DNA of 64,000 nt from Alphaproteobacteria bacterium (GCA_963422645.2 CAXXVO010000014.1:128001-192000); one strand, 5' to 3'. Positions 40,908 to 53,429 are shown, counted from the stretch's first letter. Made by a program: numbers and translations. The notes: a model not told the origin generated them from the sequence alone.

Positions 40908-43520
40908 GCGGGGATCAACGACGCGCCGACGGCGAAACGGCACCGACGGCAAGCAACATCAGCACGCACTCAGAACTGGCGGCGGGGTACCTGGGTAGTT
41001 ACCAGAGTACTTTGCCGACAGACTCGACGAGATACTCGGTTGGCGGTTCGGCTCCCGAAGCGTCGATTTGCTGAACTTGAGCCTCGGCGTCTCGGGAATC
41101 ATCGAGAATTACAGTGAAGAGGTACTTCACGAACCGTTTGCGCGGATGATCGCCTCAATTCTTCAGGAAAGCTCCGAAGATCAGACTTCCTGACCTCGTG
41201 ATGCTGGCTGTTCTGGGCAGCGTGCCGGGAACTCCTTGAATTCTGATACATTTCGGTTGTTTCAGGCGGTTTTTCGCTGGGTGTCGCGCCCGAGGTCTGA
41301 TATTATAATTTGATACCAATTGCACGGGGTCTCAACCATGCCCAGTACCCTCCCAATGTGCCCTCCAGAGGCGGTCTCGATCGGCAACAGCTGCTTCGCC
41401 GTCCTGATCTCGGACGACACCTTCACCTACTTTTCCAACCTCATTCCCTTTGACAGCCACGCCGCCGATGACCGCACGGCCATGCTCTTGCGGATCGGCC
41501 GCCTCGCGGCGATCAGCGCGGTCTCGCCGCAGGAACTGGCTGACGCTTTCGCTGTCTCGCGCGCGACGGTGCAGCGCGCACGACGGCGCTACCTGGCCGA
41601 GGGCGAAGCGGGGTTCATGAAGCCCCGGCGCGGTCGCGGGCCGTCGGTGTTCACTCCGGAGTTGGCGGAGAAGGCGACGGCGTTGCTGGCATCGGGCCTG
41701 AGCGGCTCTGCGGCGGCCCGGGTTCTCGGCGTGTCAGCGCCATCGGTCAACAAGTGGCGCCGTCAGGGACTGATCGGCAACACGGAGGCGGATGGGGAGC
41801 CCGGACGCTCAGCGCTGGCTGCGCCGCCTGACGCGGGTGCGGCTCCTGAAGGCCGTGTCGATGAAGAGAGTACCGGTGCCCCGGGGCCGGAGACGGCGCC
41901 GGGGCTGGAAGCGCAGCCGCAAACGGATCGCAGCGCGCGCGATCGGCGGGACCGGCAGGCGCCGATGGGGCGTGCGACTTGCGATGTTCCGGCTCGGGTT
42001 CTGGCCAGTTGTGGACAGGCGGGGCCGGTCGAACCGCAGTTCGCCGCCGCCGCCCGCGGTGTCCGCTTCGGCGGCGTGCTCGCCGCCCTGCCGGCCCTGC
42101 TGAAGGAAGGTCTTCTCTCCGAGACCGGTCTCCTGCCATTGCTGCCGAAGGGCTATTACGGCTTGCCTACGATCCTGCTCTTCCTGGCCTTCATGACCTT
42201 GGCGCGGGTGCGCAACCCCGAGAGCCTGCGCTACCAGGCGCCGGGCGAATGGGGCGCCATTCTCGGCCTCGATCGCTGCCCCGAGGTCAAGACGCTGCGC
42301 CGCAAGATCGCTCTCATCGCCGACGACGAGGCCGGCGTGCGGGCGTGGCAGCTCGCCCTTGCCAGGCGCTGGCAAGGCCGACGAGCCGGAGCTCTGGGCG
42401 ACGCTGGCCATCGACGGGCACGTCAAGGTCTACTCCGGCCGCAAGGGGCGCTTGCCCAAGCACTTCGTCTCGCGCGAGAAGCTGTGCCTGCCGGCGAGCG
42501 CCAGCTACTGGATCAACGCTCTGGGCGGCAAGCCGCTGCTCTGTCTGCACAAGCCGCTGGACCCGAAGATGGTCGCGGCCATCGAAGCCGACGTGGTGCC
42601 GGCGCTGCAGGAGCTTGGGATCGTTGGCGCCGGGGCGCCGGACCTGACCGCCGAGCATCCCGGCCAGCCGGCGCTCACCCTGGTCTTCGACCGCGAGGGC
42701 TGGAGCCCGGATCTGTTCCGCCGGCTGGCGAGGCGCGGCGTCGCCTGCCTGACCTGGCACAAGAACTTCAGGGGCGAGGACTGGCCGGCCGAGGACTTCG
42801 GCGCGATGACCGTTCCCATTCACGGACCGGCGGCGGACGGCAGCGCCACCATGCGGCTGGCTGAGAAGCCGGTGACGTTGCCGAACGGCTTCAGGGTGCG
42901 CCAGATCCGCCGCCTGCTCGACAACGGCCGTCAGGTGCCGCTGATCACCACCGATCCGCACAAGCCGATGGCTGAGGTTGCGGGCGCCATGTTCTCGCGC
43001 TGGTCGCAGGAGAACTTCTTCAAGTACATGCGTGACGAGTTCAATCTCGACGCCCTGCCGACCCACGAGCTCGAGCCTCTCGATCCCGCCGCCATGGTCG
43101 TCAACCCGCTGCGGCGGGCCTATGACAAGGCAATCCATCGCCTCGACCGCCAGCTTGGCCGCCTGCGCAACCGCATCGCCGACACGGCCCGGAAGAAGCA
43201 GCCGACGGCGGAACTCAGGAGGGAAGTCAGGGACCTCCAGGATGTCCGCGACATCGTCAGGGCCAGCCGCAGGGAGACGCCCAAGCACTGCCGGGCCGGC
43301 GACCTCGACGAAGCCGAGCAGCTCGATGCCTTGCCCGCGCGCGAGCGCCTCCTCCTCGACGTCATCCGGATGATCGCCTACCGCGCCGAAACCCGCATGA
43401 TGCTTCCCGTCATTGTTGTTAAGCGTGGAAAAGTGACCCCCTATTGGGGGTGATCGGCGTCCAAAATTGACCCCCTTGGATTTGTGTCCATGAACACACC
43501 TCGTCGTTTGGACGGACGGG

Positions 43521-45047
43521 GTGGTGGGGGAGATGCTGGTTGTGGAAACGATCGCGAAGATCCGTCGGGATCATCTGGTGAAGGGCGTTCCGATCAAGAA
43601 GCTCGCCCGGGATTTGAGGGTTTCCAAGAACACGATACGCAAGGTGGTGCGGGGCGATGCGACCTCGCACAGCTACGAGCGCAAGATCCAGCCGATGCCG
43701 AAGCTTGGGCTGTGGGTGGAGGAGCTTGAGCGCCAGCTGAAGGCCAACGAGAAGAAGGCACGCAAGGATCGGCTGTCTCTTCTGCGGATTCATGAAGACC
43801 TTGTGTCGCTGGGCTACAAGGGCGGCTATGACGCGGTTCGCCGCTATGCCAGGGCCTGGCGGCGCCGGTGGCGGCTGTTGTCGCCGGCGCAGGCCTATGT
43901 GCCGCTGATCTTCGATCCCGGCGAGGCCTACCAGTTCGACTGGAGCCACGAGTACGCGCGTCTGTCGGGCGCGACGACCAGGGTGAAGGCGGCGCACATG
44001 CGGCTGTGCCACAGCCGGATGTATCTGGTCCAGATCTTTCCCCGCGAGAGCCAGGAGATGGTCTTCGAGGCGCACGAGCGTGCCTTCCGCTTCTTCGGCG
44101 GGGTCTGCCGGCGGGGCATCTACGACAACATGAAGACGGCGGTGAGCACGATCTTCGTGGGCAAGAAGCGGGACTACAACCGCCGCTTCCAGGAGCTGTG
44201 CTCGCACCATCTGGTGGAGCCTGTGGCGTGCACGCCAGGGGCTGGCTGGGAGAAGGGGCAGGTCGAGAAGCAGGTGGGTGACCTTCGCGGCCGCCTGTTC
44301 GTGCCCATCCCGCGGGGCCGCTCCTACGCCGAGATCAACGAGTGGCTGATGGATCGGTGCATCGAGGACGCCAAGAAGCATCCGCATCCGACAATCCCGG
44401 GCAAGACGGTGTGGCAGGTGTTCGAGGAGGAGCAGCCCTTCCTGATGGCGTATCGCGGCCCCTTCGACGGCTTCCATGCCAGCGAGGTGTCGGTCTCGAA
44501 GACCTGTCTGGTGCGCTTCGACAACAACCAGTACAGCGTCGCGGCCCGCGCCGTCGGCCGGCCGGTGGACGTGCGGGCCTATGCCGATCGGATCGTCATC
44601 CGCCAGGACGGCGAGACCGTTGCCGAGCACCCCCGCAGCTTCGGGCGCGGCCGGTTCGTCTACGATCCGTGGCATTACGTGCCGATCCTGACGCGGAAGC
44701 CCGGCGCGCTACGCAATGGCGCGCCCTTCAAGGACTGGCAGTTGCCCAACGCGCTCGGCCGCCTGCGAACCCGGCTCGCGGGCCACGACGACGGCGACCG
44801 GCAGTTCGTCAAGGTGCTCGCGGCGGTGCTGGAGGACGGACTGGAGGCGGTTGAGGCGGCCTGTGCCGAGACGCTCGACTGCGGTGCCTGCAGCGCCGAC
44901 GTGGTGCTCAACATCCTCGCCCGGCAGCGCCAGCCGGCACCGCCGGCAATCATCCCGACGCCCGAGGGCCTGCAGCTTCGCCACAAGCCGGTAGCCGACT
45001 GTCAGCGCTACGACAGCCTGAGGGAGGCCGGTCATGGAGCGTCATGA
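43521..45047 (+). CDS. istA: IS21 transposase IstA (start may be ATG 43533)
   Basis: [23 protein letters not shown]. Confidence 0.93.
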   Translation: MVGEMLVVETIAKIRRDHLVKGVPIKKLARDLRVSKNTIRKVVRGDATSHSYERKIQPMPKLGLWVEELERQLKANEKKARKDRLSLLRIHEDLVSLGYKGGYDAVRRYARAWRRRWRLLSPAQAYVPLIFDPGEAYQFDWSHEYARLSGATTRVKAAHMRLCHSRMYLVQIFPRESQEMVFEAHERAFRFFGGVCRRGIYDNMKTAVSTIFVGKKRDYNRRFQELCSHHLVEPVACTPGAGWEKGQVEKQVGDLRGRLFVPIPRGRSYAEINEWLMDRCIEDAKKHPHPTIPGKTVWQVFEEEQPFLMAYRGPFDGFHASEVSVSKTCLVRFDNNQYSVAARAVGRPVDVRAYADRIVIRQDGETVAEHPRSFGRGRFVYDPWHYVPILTRKPGALRNGAPFKDWQLPNALGRLRTRLAGHDDGDRQFVKVLAAVLEDGLEAVEAACAETLDCGACSADVVLNILARQRQPAPPAIIPTPEGLQLRHKPVADCQRYDSLREAGHGAS

Positions 45048-45762
45048 TGTGCTGGAGATGATGACCCAGCTGAAGCTCGCAGGTATGCGCGCCGCTTACG
45101 ACGACATCCTTGCCGACGGGCTCAAGCGCCGCCATCCGGTGCAACAGATCATCGGTACGCTGCTGCAGGTCGAGATCGCCGACAAGAGGGCCCGCTCGAT
45201 CAAGTACCAGATGGCCTCCGCCAAGCTGCCGACGGTCAAGGAGCTGGCCGACTTCGACTTCGCCGCCTCGCCGGTCAACGAGCCCCTGATCCAGGAGCTC
45301 GCCGGCGGCGGCTTCCTCGAGGGCAAACGCAACATCGTGCTGGTCGGCGGCACCGGTACCGGCAAGACCCATCTCGCCGTCGCCATCGCGCGGTCCTGCA
45401 TCCGCAAGGGCGCGCGCGGCCGGTGCTACAACGTCGTCGACCTGGTCAACCTCCTCGAGGCCGAGCTTCGCGCCGGACGCCAGGGCCGCACTGCAGACCA
45501 GCTCGTCCGCCGCGACTTCGTCATCCTCGACGAGCTCGGCTACCTGCCCTTCGCCCAGGCCGGTGGGCAGCTGCTCTTCCATCTGATGAGCCGGCTCTAC
45601 GAGCGCACCTCGATCGTCATCACCACAAACCTCGCCTTCGGCGAATGGCCATCCGTCTTCGGCGACCCCAAGATGACCACAGCGCTGCTCGATCGCCTCA
45701 CCCATCATTGCGAGATCATCGAGACCGGCAACGAGAGCTGGCGCTTCAAGAACCGCTCCTGA
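45034..45762 (+). CDS. istB: IS21 AAA+ helper ATPase IstB
   Basis: [25 protein letters not shown]. Confidence 0.94.
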   Translation: MERHDVLEMMTQLKLAGMRAAYDDILADGLKRRHPVQQIIGTLLQVEIADKRARSIKYQMASAKLPTVKELADFDFAASPVNEPLIQELAGGGFLEGKRNIVLVGGTGTGKTHLAVAIARSCIRKGARGRCYNVVDLVNLLEAELRAGRQGRTADQLVRRDFVILDELGYLPFAQAGGQLLFHLMSRLYERTSIVITTNLAFGEWPSVFGDPKMTTALLDRLTHHCEIIETGNESWRFKNRS

Positions 45763-46184
45763 CCCGCCGCCGGCCTCCCTTGCGGCCCGGTTGCCCCGGT
45801 GGGCCAACAGGGACCCCCCACGCGGCTTCGCTCCGCGTAGCGCAGGGCGCCACACGAAGCCGCGCGGGTCCCCCCTATTGGCTACCGGGACAACCTCCGC
45901 CGTGCCACTCAGGGGGGTCAATTTTGCACGCCGATCGGGGGTCAGTATTGAAAGCCGATTGACACCCGTCATGCAGGCGCAGGGCCACAAGCCCCATCCC
46001 CGGAAACTGCTTCAAGCGCTGCTCACCGCCGATGCCGACATCCTGCCGGATCCTGGCAATGGCCTCCTGCGGGTCCACATTCTTGGCCTCGCAAACGACG
46101 CCTGCGACCGTTGGATCGATGCGGTTCTGAGCGACCTGAACGCCACCGAAACGGTCTTCCCCGGCACCCGTCTGCGCATAGTCT

Positions 46185-48697
46185 CAGACTTCCTGACCTC
46201 GTGATGCTGGCTGTTCTGGGCAGCGTGCCGGGAACTCCTTGAATTCTGATACATTTCGGTTGTTTCAGGCGGTTTTTCGCTGGGTGTCGCGCCCGAGGTC
46301 TGATATTATAATTTGATACCAATTGCACGGTCTCAACCATGCCCAGTACCCTCCCAATGTGCCCTCCAGAGGCGGTCTCGATCGGCAACAGCTGCTTCGC
46401 CGTCCTGATCTCGGACGACACCTTCACCTACTTTTCCAACCTCATTCCCTTTGACAGCCACGCCGCCGATGACCGCACGGCCATGCTCTTGCGGATCGGC
46501 CGCCTCGCGGCGATCAGCGCGGTCTCGCCGCAGGAACTGGCTGACGCTTTCGCTGTCTCGCGCGCGACGGTGCAGCGCGCACGACGGCGCTACCTGGCCG
46601 AGGGCGAAGCGGGGTTCATGAAGCCCCGGCGCGGTCGCGGGCCGTCGGTGTTCACTCCGGAGTTGGCGGAGAAGGCGACGGCGTTGCTGGCATCGGGCCT
46701 GAGCGGCTCTGCGGCGGCCCGGGTTCTCGGCGTGTCAGCGCCATCGGTCAACAAGTGGCGCCGTCAGGGACTGATCGGCAACACGGAGGCGGATGGGGAG
46801 CCCGGACGCTCAGCGCTGGCTGCGCCGCCTGACGCGGGTGCGGCTCCTGAAGGCCGTGTCGATGAAGAGAGTACCGGTGCCCCGGGGCCGGAGACGGCGC
46901 CGGGGCTGGAAGCGCAGCCGCAAACGGATCGCAGCGCGCGCGATCGGCGGGACCGGCAGGCGCCGATGGGGCGTGCGACTTGCGATGTTCCGGCTCGGGT
47001 TCTGGCCAGTTGTGGACAGGCGGGGCCGGTCGAACCGCAGTTCGCCGCCGCCGCCCGCGGTGTCCGCTTCGGCGGCGTGCTCGCCGCCCTGCCGGCCCTG
47101 CTGAAGGAAGGTCTTCTCTCCGAGACCGGTCTCCTGCCATTGCTGCCGAAGGGCTATTACGGCTTGCCTACGATCCTGCTCTTCCTGGCCTTCATGACCT
47201 TGGCGCGGGTGCGCAACCCCGAGAGCCTGCGCTACCAGGCGCCGGGCGAATGGGGCGCCATTCTCGGCCTCGATCGCTGCCCCGAGGTCAAGACGCTGCG
47301 CCGCAAGATCGCTCTCATCGCCGACGACGAGGCCGGCGTGCGGGCGTGGCAGCTCGCCCTTGCCAGGCGCTGGCAGGCGCCGACGAGCCGGAGCTCTGGG
47401 CGACGCTGGCCATCGACGGGCACGTCAAGGTCTACTCCGGCCGCAAGGGGCGCTTGCCCAAGCACTTCGTCTCGCGCGAGAAGCTGTGCCTGCCGGCGAG
47501 CGCCAGCTACTGGATCAACGCTCTGGGCGGCAAGCCGCTGCTCTGTCTGCACAAGCCGCTGGACCCGAAGATGGTCGCGGCCATCGAAGCCGACGTGGTG
47601 CCGGCGCTGCAGGAGCTTGGGATCGTTGGCGCCGGGGCGCCGGACCTGACCGCCGAGCATCCCGGCCAGCCGGCGCTCACCCTGGTCTTCGACCGCGAGG
47701 GCTGGAGCCCGGATCTGTTCCGCCGGCTGGCGAGGCGCGGCGTCGCCTGCCTGACCTGGCACAAGAACTTCAGGGGCGAGGACTGGCCGGCCGAGGACTT
47801 CGGCGCGATGACCGTTCCCATTCACGGACCGGCGGCGGACGGCAGCGCCACCATGCGGCTGGCTGAGAAGCCGGTGACGTTGCCGAACGGCTTCAGGGTG
47901 CGCCAGATCCGCCGCCTGCTCGACAACGGCCGTCAGGTGCCGCTGATCACCACCGATCCGCACAAGCCGATGGCTGAGGTTGCGGGCGCCATGTTCTCGC
48001 GCTGGTCGCAGGAGAACTTCTTCAAGTACATGCGTGACGAGTTCAATCTCGACGCCCTGCCGACCCACGAGCTCGAGCCTCTCGATCCCGCCGCCATGGT
48101 CGTCAACCCGCTGCGGCGGGCCTATGACAAGGCAATCCATCGCCTCGACCGCCAGCTTGGCCGCCTGCGCAACCGCATCGCCGACACGGCCCGGAAGAAG
48201 CAGCCGACGGCGGAACTCAGGAGGGAAGTCAGGGACCTCCAGGATGTCCGCGACATCGTCAGGGCCAGCCGCAGGGAGACGCCCAAGCACTGCCGGGCCG
48301 GCGACCTCGACGAAGCCGAGCAGCTCGATGCCTTGCCCGCGCGCGAGCGCCTCCTCCTCGACGTCATCCGGATGATCGCCTACCGCGCCGAAACCCGCAT
48401 GATGCTTCCCGTCATGCAGGCGCAGGGCCACAAGCCCCATCCCCGGAAACTGCTTCAAGCGCTGCTCACCGCCGATGCCGACATCCTGCCGGATCCTGGC
48501 AATGGCCTCCTGCGGGTCCACATTCTTGGCCTCGCAAACGACGCCTGCGACCGTTGGATCGATGCGGTTCTGAGCGACCTGAACGCCACCGAAACGGTCT
48601 TCCCCGGCACCCGTCTGCGCATAGTCTACGACATCGACGGGGCCTCGGAATCCGCGCGGCTCGTGTCACCTAAAATCAGCAGAGGTCAGGAAGTCTG
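46185..48697 (+). mobile_element. Element X copy 3 (full length)
   Basis: Both 16-bp IRs, 2513 bp; right flank AAGAT matches the left flank of copy 2. Confidence 0.9.
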
Positions 48698-48698
48698 A
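46339..48698 (+). CDS. Transposase of element X copy 3, frameshifted near 47377
   Basis: Same ORF translations as copy 1. Confidence 0.75.
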
Positions 48699-50293
48699 AG
48701 ATAAGGTCGTCTTGGTCTGGGCTGCGGGAAATGCGCATGGCACGACATGCGATATCTCTATACCCCAGTGCGTAGACGGCGCGGTTGAAGCGAGCTCGGT
48801 CGACCTGTTGCCGGGCTTAGCCACACACTATCCGGAGCTGCAAGATAATACGGTCGCCGTGGTGGCCATACGCCCAGACGGAGAAATTGCCGACTTTTCC
48901 AACCGCTGCGGCATCGCGGCTGAGTATTGCTTGGCGGCGCCGGGAGAGCAGGTCCGCGCGGCGTATTTCGGCCCGGACTTGGAAGGTACCCCAGGCTTTC
49001 GGGGTGTCGCCGGTTTGCGTGGCACATCGGTCGCCGCGCCGATGGTGACCGGCGGCCTTGCGCTGATGAAGCAGTATTTCCGGGGCCAGATCTCCAACAC
49101 CGATCTGCTCTCGAGGCTTCTGGAGACGGCGAACAGCAGCGGCATCTATGCCGACTCGGCGATCTACGGTCGAGGCCTCATGGACTTGGGCGCTGCGACC
49201 TCGCCCGTGGGTGAGACGGTCGTTGCGATGGGCGATCGGGTAGAAAGCGCGGGCGCCGCTCTGAGCGATTCGGTCGTGCAGCTCGGCCTCGCCTTCGGCG
49301 ACGCACTCATTCCAGCGCTCGAAGATCGCGAGATCGCCGCGTTCGATCAGCTTGGCGCTCCGTTCTGGTACGACGTCGACACGATGGTGAACGTTGCCGC
49401 GCGACCTGCGCTGCACGATCGCTTCCGTGATTTCCAACAGCTATCGCTGTCGAAGCCGCACGGCTCCCCAGCGGATGCCATCCGACTCCCCATCCTTGAG
49501 ACACGCGACGCACCTCAGGGCGCGCTCCCTGCCTTGTATCTGGCGAAGTCTGGCGCCTCCCCCGCCGCGAGTGCCAGCCACTTTGCCCTTGCCAGACACA
49601 GCGTCGTCGCCAACTTGCCGGTTGCCGCGCACCTGAGCGCCACCTTGCTCACCACGGAAGGCCTTGTCCGGCAAAAGCCTGCTTCGGGTGCGGCGCTCAC
49701 CTGGCGTGAACCTGAGGCCCCGTTCGGTCTCCGGGCGGGCTGGATGGGCGAGCGGGACACCCTGCTCGGCAGCGAGTCCGGCGGCGCGTTCGGGGATATC
49801 GAGGCGCACGTCGCATTCGCGGGAATCGAAGCGGATACGGAGGTCGGTTCGTGGCGCCTTGGCGGCACTGCGGAGATCGGCACCGTGAACGCGCAGGCGC
49901 AAGGCGGTGTGTTCCAGGAGATCTCGCCTCTCGCCACCAGTGCATTCGCGTTGCACGCCACCCGACAGAACTCCGACGGCAGTGCGTTTCGAGTGTCGCT
50001 GTCGCAGCCGCTCCGCGTAGAGCGCGGTCAGGCGCTGCTTGCGCTTCCCTCAGGACGAACGAAAGCGGGCGAGGTGGTCCGCAACACACTGAATGCGGAT
50101 GTCGAGCCCGGTGGAAGGCAGGTTGACTTGGTGCTGCAATGGCACCAGCCGTTGGAGCTCGGCGAGTTGCGTCTCGGCGCAACACTCTCCCACGAGCCGG
50201 GCCATCGCAAGAACGCGGACGCAGAGCTAATTCTGCTCTCGGGCTGGCGCCACTTCTTCTAAGTCGGGCCGTAGCGGGCGCGTCCCGCGCCAG

Positions 50294-51508
50294 CTACGCC
50301 ATTGCGGCGCGCAGACGGCGGTCGATCGCGTCCAAAAAACCCTTTGAGTTGAGCCAGCCCTGGTCGGGGCCGATCAGGATGGCGAGGTCCTTGGTCATCT
50401 CGCCGGCTTCCACGCACTCGATGCAGCAGCGCTCCAGCGTGTCGCCAAAGTCCACGAGCGCCTGGTTGCCGTCGTGCCGGCCGCGGTGCTTGAGGCCGCG
50501 GGTCCAGGCGAAGATCGAGGCGATCGGGTTGGTCGAGGTCTCCTCGCCCCGCTGATAGGCGCGGTAGTGGCGGGTGACCGTGCCGTGCGCCGCCTCGGCC
50601 TCCACCGTCTTGCCGTCGGGCGACATCAGCACCGAGGTCATCAGGCCGAGCGAGCCGAAGCCCTGGGCCACGGTGTCCGACTGTACGTCGCCGTCGTAAT
50701 TCTTGCAGGCCCAGATGAAGGCGCCCTCCCACTTGAGCGCGGCGGCGACCATGTCGTCGATCAGCCGGTGCTCGTAGCTGATGCCGGCGGCCTCGAAGCG
50801 GTCCTTGAACTCGGCCTCGAAGACTTCCTCGAAGAGGTCCTTGAAGCGCCCGTCGTAGAACTTGAGGATCGTGTTCTTGGTCGACATGTAGACCGGCCAG
50901 CTCCGATCCAGCCCGTAGTTCATGCAGGCGCGGGCGAAGTCGCGGATCGAATCGTCCAGGTTGTACATGGCGAGCGCGACGCCGCCGCCGGGGAAGTCGA
51001 ACACCTCCCGCTCGATGGTCTCGCCGCCGTTCGCGGGCTCGAAGCGCACCGTGAGCTTGCCCTTGCCTGGCACCACGAAATCGGTGGCGCGGTACTGGTC
51101 GCCAAAGGCGTGGCGGCCGATCACGATCGGGTGCTGCCAGCCGGGCACGAGGCGCGGCACATTGCGGCAAATTATCGGCTCGCGGAACACCGTGCCTCCG
51201 AGGATGTTGCGGATCGTGCCGTTGGGCGAGCGCCACATCTTCTTGAGGCCGAACTCCTCGACGCGAGCCTCGTCAGGCGTGATGGTCGCGCACTTGACGC
51301 CGACGCCGAACTCCTTGATCGCTTCGGCGCAATCGATCGTGACCTGATCGTCGGTGGCGTCCCGATGCTCGACGCCGAGGTCGAAATAGAGAAGGTCGAT
51401 ATCAACATAGGGCAGGATCAGCTGGTCCTTGATCCACGCCCAGATAATTCGGGTCATCTCGTCGCCGTCGATCTCGACGACGGGGTTGGCGACCTTGATT
51501 TTCGCCAT
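50294..51508 (-). CDS. icd: NADP-dependent isocitrate dehydrogenase
   Basis: [35 protein letters not shown]. Confidence 0.97.
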   Translation of the reverse strand: MAKIKVANPVVEIDGDEMTRIIWAWIKDQLILPYVDIDLLYFDLGVEHRDATDDQVTIDCAEAIKEFGVGVKCATITPDEARVEEFGLKKMWRSPNGTIRNILGGTVFREPIICRNVPRLVPGWQHPIVIGRHAFGDQYRATDFVVPGKGKLTVRFEPANGGETIEREVFDFPGGGVALAMYNLDDSIRDFARACMNYGLDRSWPVYMSTKNTILKFYDGRFKDLFEEVFEAEFKDRFEAAGISYEHRLIDDMVAAALKWEGAFIWACKNYDGDVQSDTVAQGFGSLGLMTSVLMSPDGKTVEAEAAHGTVTRHYRAYQRGEETSTNPIASIFAWTRGLKHRGRHDGNQALVDFGDTLERCCIECVEAGEMTKDLAILIGPDQGWLNSKGFLDAIDRRLRAAMA

Positions 51509-51648
51509 CCGAAGCTCTCCAGGAATGCGTTGCGGGCAAGGGGCCCCGGGAGGAATGCGTCGGCGGCCGGCGGGGCCGCGCGCACCTTAGCAAAGCGGTC
51601 CTACCGGTCAAGGACGGGGCCGCCCGGAAGGAGGGCTCGGAAGGGCGG

Positions 51649-52203
51649 CTACGCCTCGCCGTTGTCGAGGGCGCGGAACAGCTCCTCCGTCGAGCGGACC
51701 ACGGTGGCGAGGCCGGGTGCCGCCGGCGGGGCGAAGCCGTCGGCGCTCACGTGGTCGATCAGGGCGAGGAGGGGTCCCCAATAGCCCTCGGTGTCGAGAA
51801 CGATCACGGGCTTGTCTAGGAGCCCGAGCTGCTTCCAGGTCAGCACCTCGAAGAACTCGTCGAGGGTGCCATAGCCGCCTGGCAGGATTACGAAGCCGTC
51901 AGCGCGGTCGATCATGATCTGCTTGCGCCGGAACATGTCCTCGGTGACCACCGTCTCGGTCAGGCCCTCGTGCGCCACTTCGAGGCGCGCCAGATGCTCG
52001 GGGATGACGCCGACGACATCGCCGCCGCCCGCCAGCACGGCATCGGCCACCACCGCCATCAGGCCGATGCCGCCGGCACCGTACACGAGCGTGATCCCGC
52101 GCTCGGCCAGCGCCGTGCCCAGGCTGCGGGCGGCCTCGGCATGGGCCGGGTTGCGGCCCCTTTGAGAGCCGCAAAAGACGCAAAGGGACGCGATCGCCGC
52201 CAT
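51649..52203 (-). CDS. LOG family nucleotide phosphoribohydrolase (TIGR00730-like)
   Basis: CVFCGS, GLM, RK, PGGYGTLDE. Confidence 0.9.
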   Translation of the reverse strand: MAAIASLCVFCGSQRGRNPAHAEAARSLGTALAERGITLVYGAGGIGLMAVVADAVLAGGGDVVGVIPEHLARLEVAHEGLTETVVTEDMFRRKQIMIDRADGFVILPGGYGTLDEFFEVLTWKQLGLLDKPVIVLDTEGYWGPLLALIDHVSADGFAPPAAPGLATVVRSTEELFRALDNGEA

Positions 52204-52376
52204 CGCCGGTCCGATCCTGAATCAGTGGCTGAGGTGTAGGAGTGCCGCTCTGTAGCAGAGACCGCCCCCGGCCGCCAGCCGAGATGACGGCCGGGGCTTG
52301 GTTGTAATGCCCATTGAAGCGACTATATCAGAATAGGGACCCCAAGTGCCGGGGGCAGGACCGAGCGCGGGATCCC

Positions 52377-53351
52377 ATGGAAGGGTTCAACATCCGTTTC
52401 ACCCATCGCATCGGCTGTCTGCTGCTGGCGATGCTGGCGAGTGTCGTGCTCGCCGGTGCGGCGCCTGCGGCGGAGCCCGCGATCGAGCCCGATCCGGCAA
52501 GCGCGGACCCCGCGGCACGCGGCGCCTACATCCTGCGCGCAGCGGGCTGCGCGACCTGCCACACCGACGTCGCGGGCGGCGGCGCGTTCCTCGCCGGCGG
52601 TCGCATGCTGTCCTCGCCCTGGGGGGCGATCGCCGCGCCCAACATCACGCCGGATCCTGAAACAGGTATAGGCGGCTGGTCCGACGAGAATTTTGTGCGC
52701 GCGCTGCGCGACGGCAAGTCGCCCGAAGGCCGCACCTACTACCCGGCGTTTCCGTACACCGCGTATGCCGGCATGCATCACGAGGACATGCTCGACCTCA
52801 AGGCCTACCTCGACACGGTGGAGCCGGTCGTCGCCCCCAATAGGCCGCACGCGCTCAGGTTTCCGTTCAACGTGCGCCTCTTTCTCCACCCCTGGCGCTG
52901 GCTCTTCTTCGATCGAGTGCCCATCGCTGCCGATCCCGGCCAGGACGAGCGCCTGTCGCGCGGGTGCTATCTCGTGGAAACGCTGGGCCACTGCGCCGAA
53001 TGCCACACCCCGCGCAACATGCTGGGCTCCCTCAAGCGCGGCCCGCACCTGGCGGGGTCTCGCTATGGGCCAAGCGGCATCTCGGTTCCCAATATCACCC
53101 CCGATAGCGAGACCGGCATCGGCTCATGGTCCGAAATCGATCTGGCGTTCTTCCTGCGCACGGGCTTCACGCCCTATGGCGACGACGTGCAGGGCGAGAT
53201 GCGCGAGGCTATCGACGACGGGTTGCGCCACCTGACCCAGGAGGATCTGGAGGCCATGGCCGCCTATCTCAAGTCGCTGCCTGCGATCCGCAATCCGGTG
53301 AGCTCGACTCCGTCTCCGCCGCCCGCGTTTTCGTCTGGCGGCGACTGGTAG
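52377..53351 (+). CDS. Diheme cytochrome c (dehydrogenase cytochrome-subunit-like)
   Basis: Signal peptide; CATCH and CAECH; two PNITPD-ETGIG repeats. Confidence 0.88.
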   Translation: MEGFNIRFTHRIGCLLLAMLASVVLAGAAPAAEPAIEPDPASADPAARGAYILRAAGCATCHTDVAGGGAFLAGGRMLSSPWGAIAAPNITPDPETGIGGWSDENFVRALRDGKSPEGRTYYPAFPYTAYAGMHHEDMLDLKAYLDTVEPVVAPNRPHALRFPFNVRLFLHPWRWLFFDRVPIAADPGQDERLSRGCYLVETLGHCAECHTPRNMLGSLKRGPHLAGSRYGPSGISVPNITPDSETGIGSWSEIDLAFFLRTGFTPYGDDVQGEMREAIDDGLRHLTQEDLEAMAAYLKSLPAIRNPVSSTPSPPPAFSSGGDW

Positions 53352-53429
53352 GGTGTCAGTTGGGGTAAACTGTCGCGCCTCGAACGACTCGTGTATCGTG
53401 GCGCCGCCCATCACTGCTAGGCGTATCGA

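Larger units (their letters stand above)
38768..41002 (-). mobile_element. IS66-family element type B2 carrying a DNA adenine methyltransferase
   Basis: Ends GTAACTGCCCAGGT and GGGGTACCTGGGTAGTTAC; 8-bp TSD CAGAGTAC at 38760-38767 and 41003-41010. Confidence 0.92.
43414..45964 (+). mobile_element. IS21-family element
   Basis: TG...CA ends with repeated TGACCCC motifs; 8-bp TSD CCCGTCAT (43406-43413, 45965-45972). Confidence 0.93.
41182..46184 (+). mobile_element. Element X copy 2, interrupted by IS21 and lacking its right end
   Basis: Left IR at 41182 after AAGAT; sequence stops at ...CATAGTCT, where copy 3 begins. Confidence 0.88.
38132..50262 (+). pseudogene. S8 (subtilisin-like) serine protease, probable lipoprotein, split into 38132-38767, 41011-41181 and 48703-50262
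   Basis: LAAC lipobox; VLDTG (Asp), HGTAVA (His), LNLSLG, WAAGN, GTSVAAP (Ser); pieces join in frame once the IS elements and duplicated targets are removed (about 788 aa). Confidence 0.88.
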
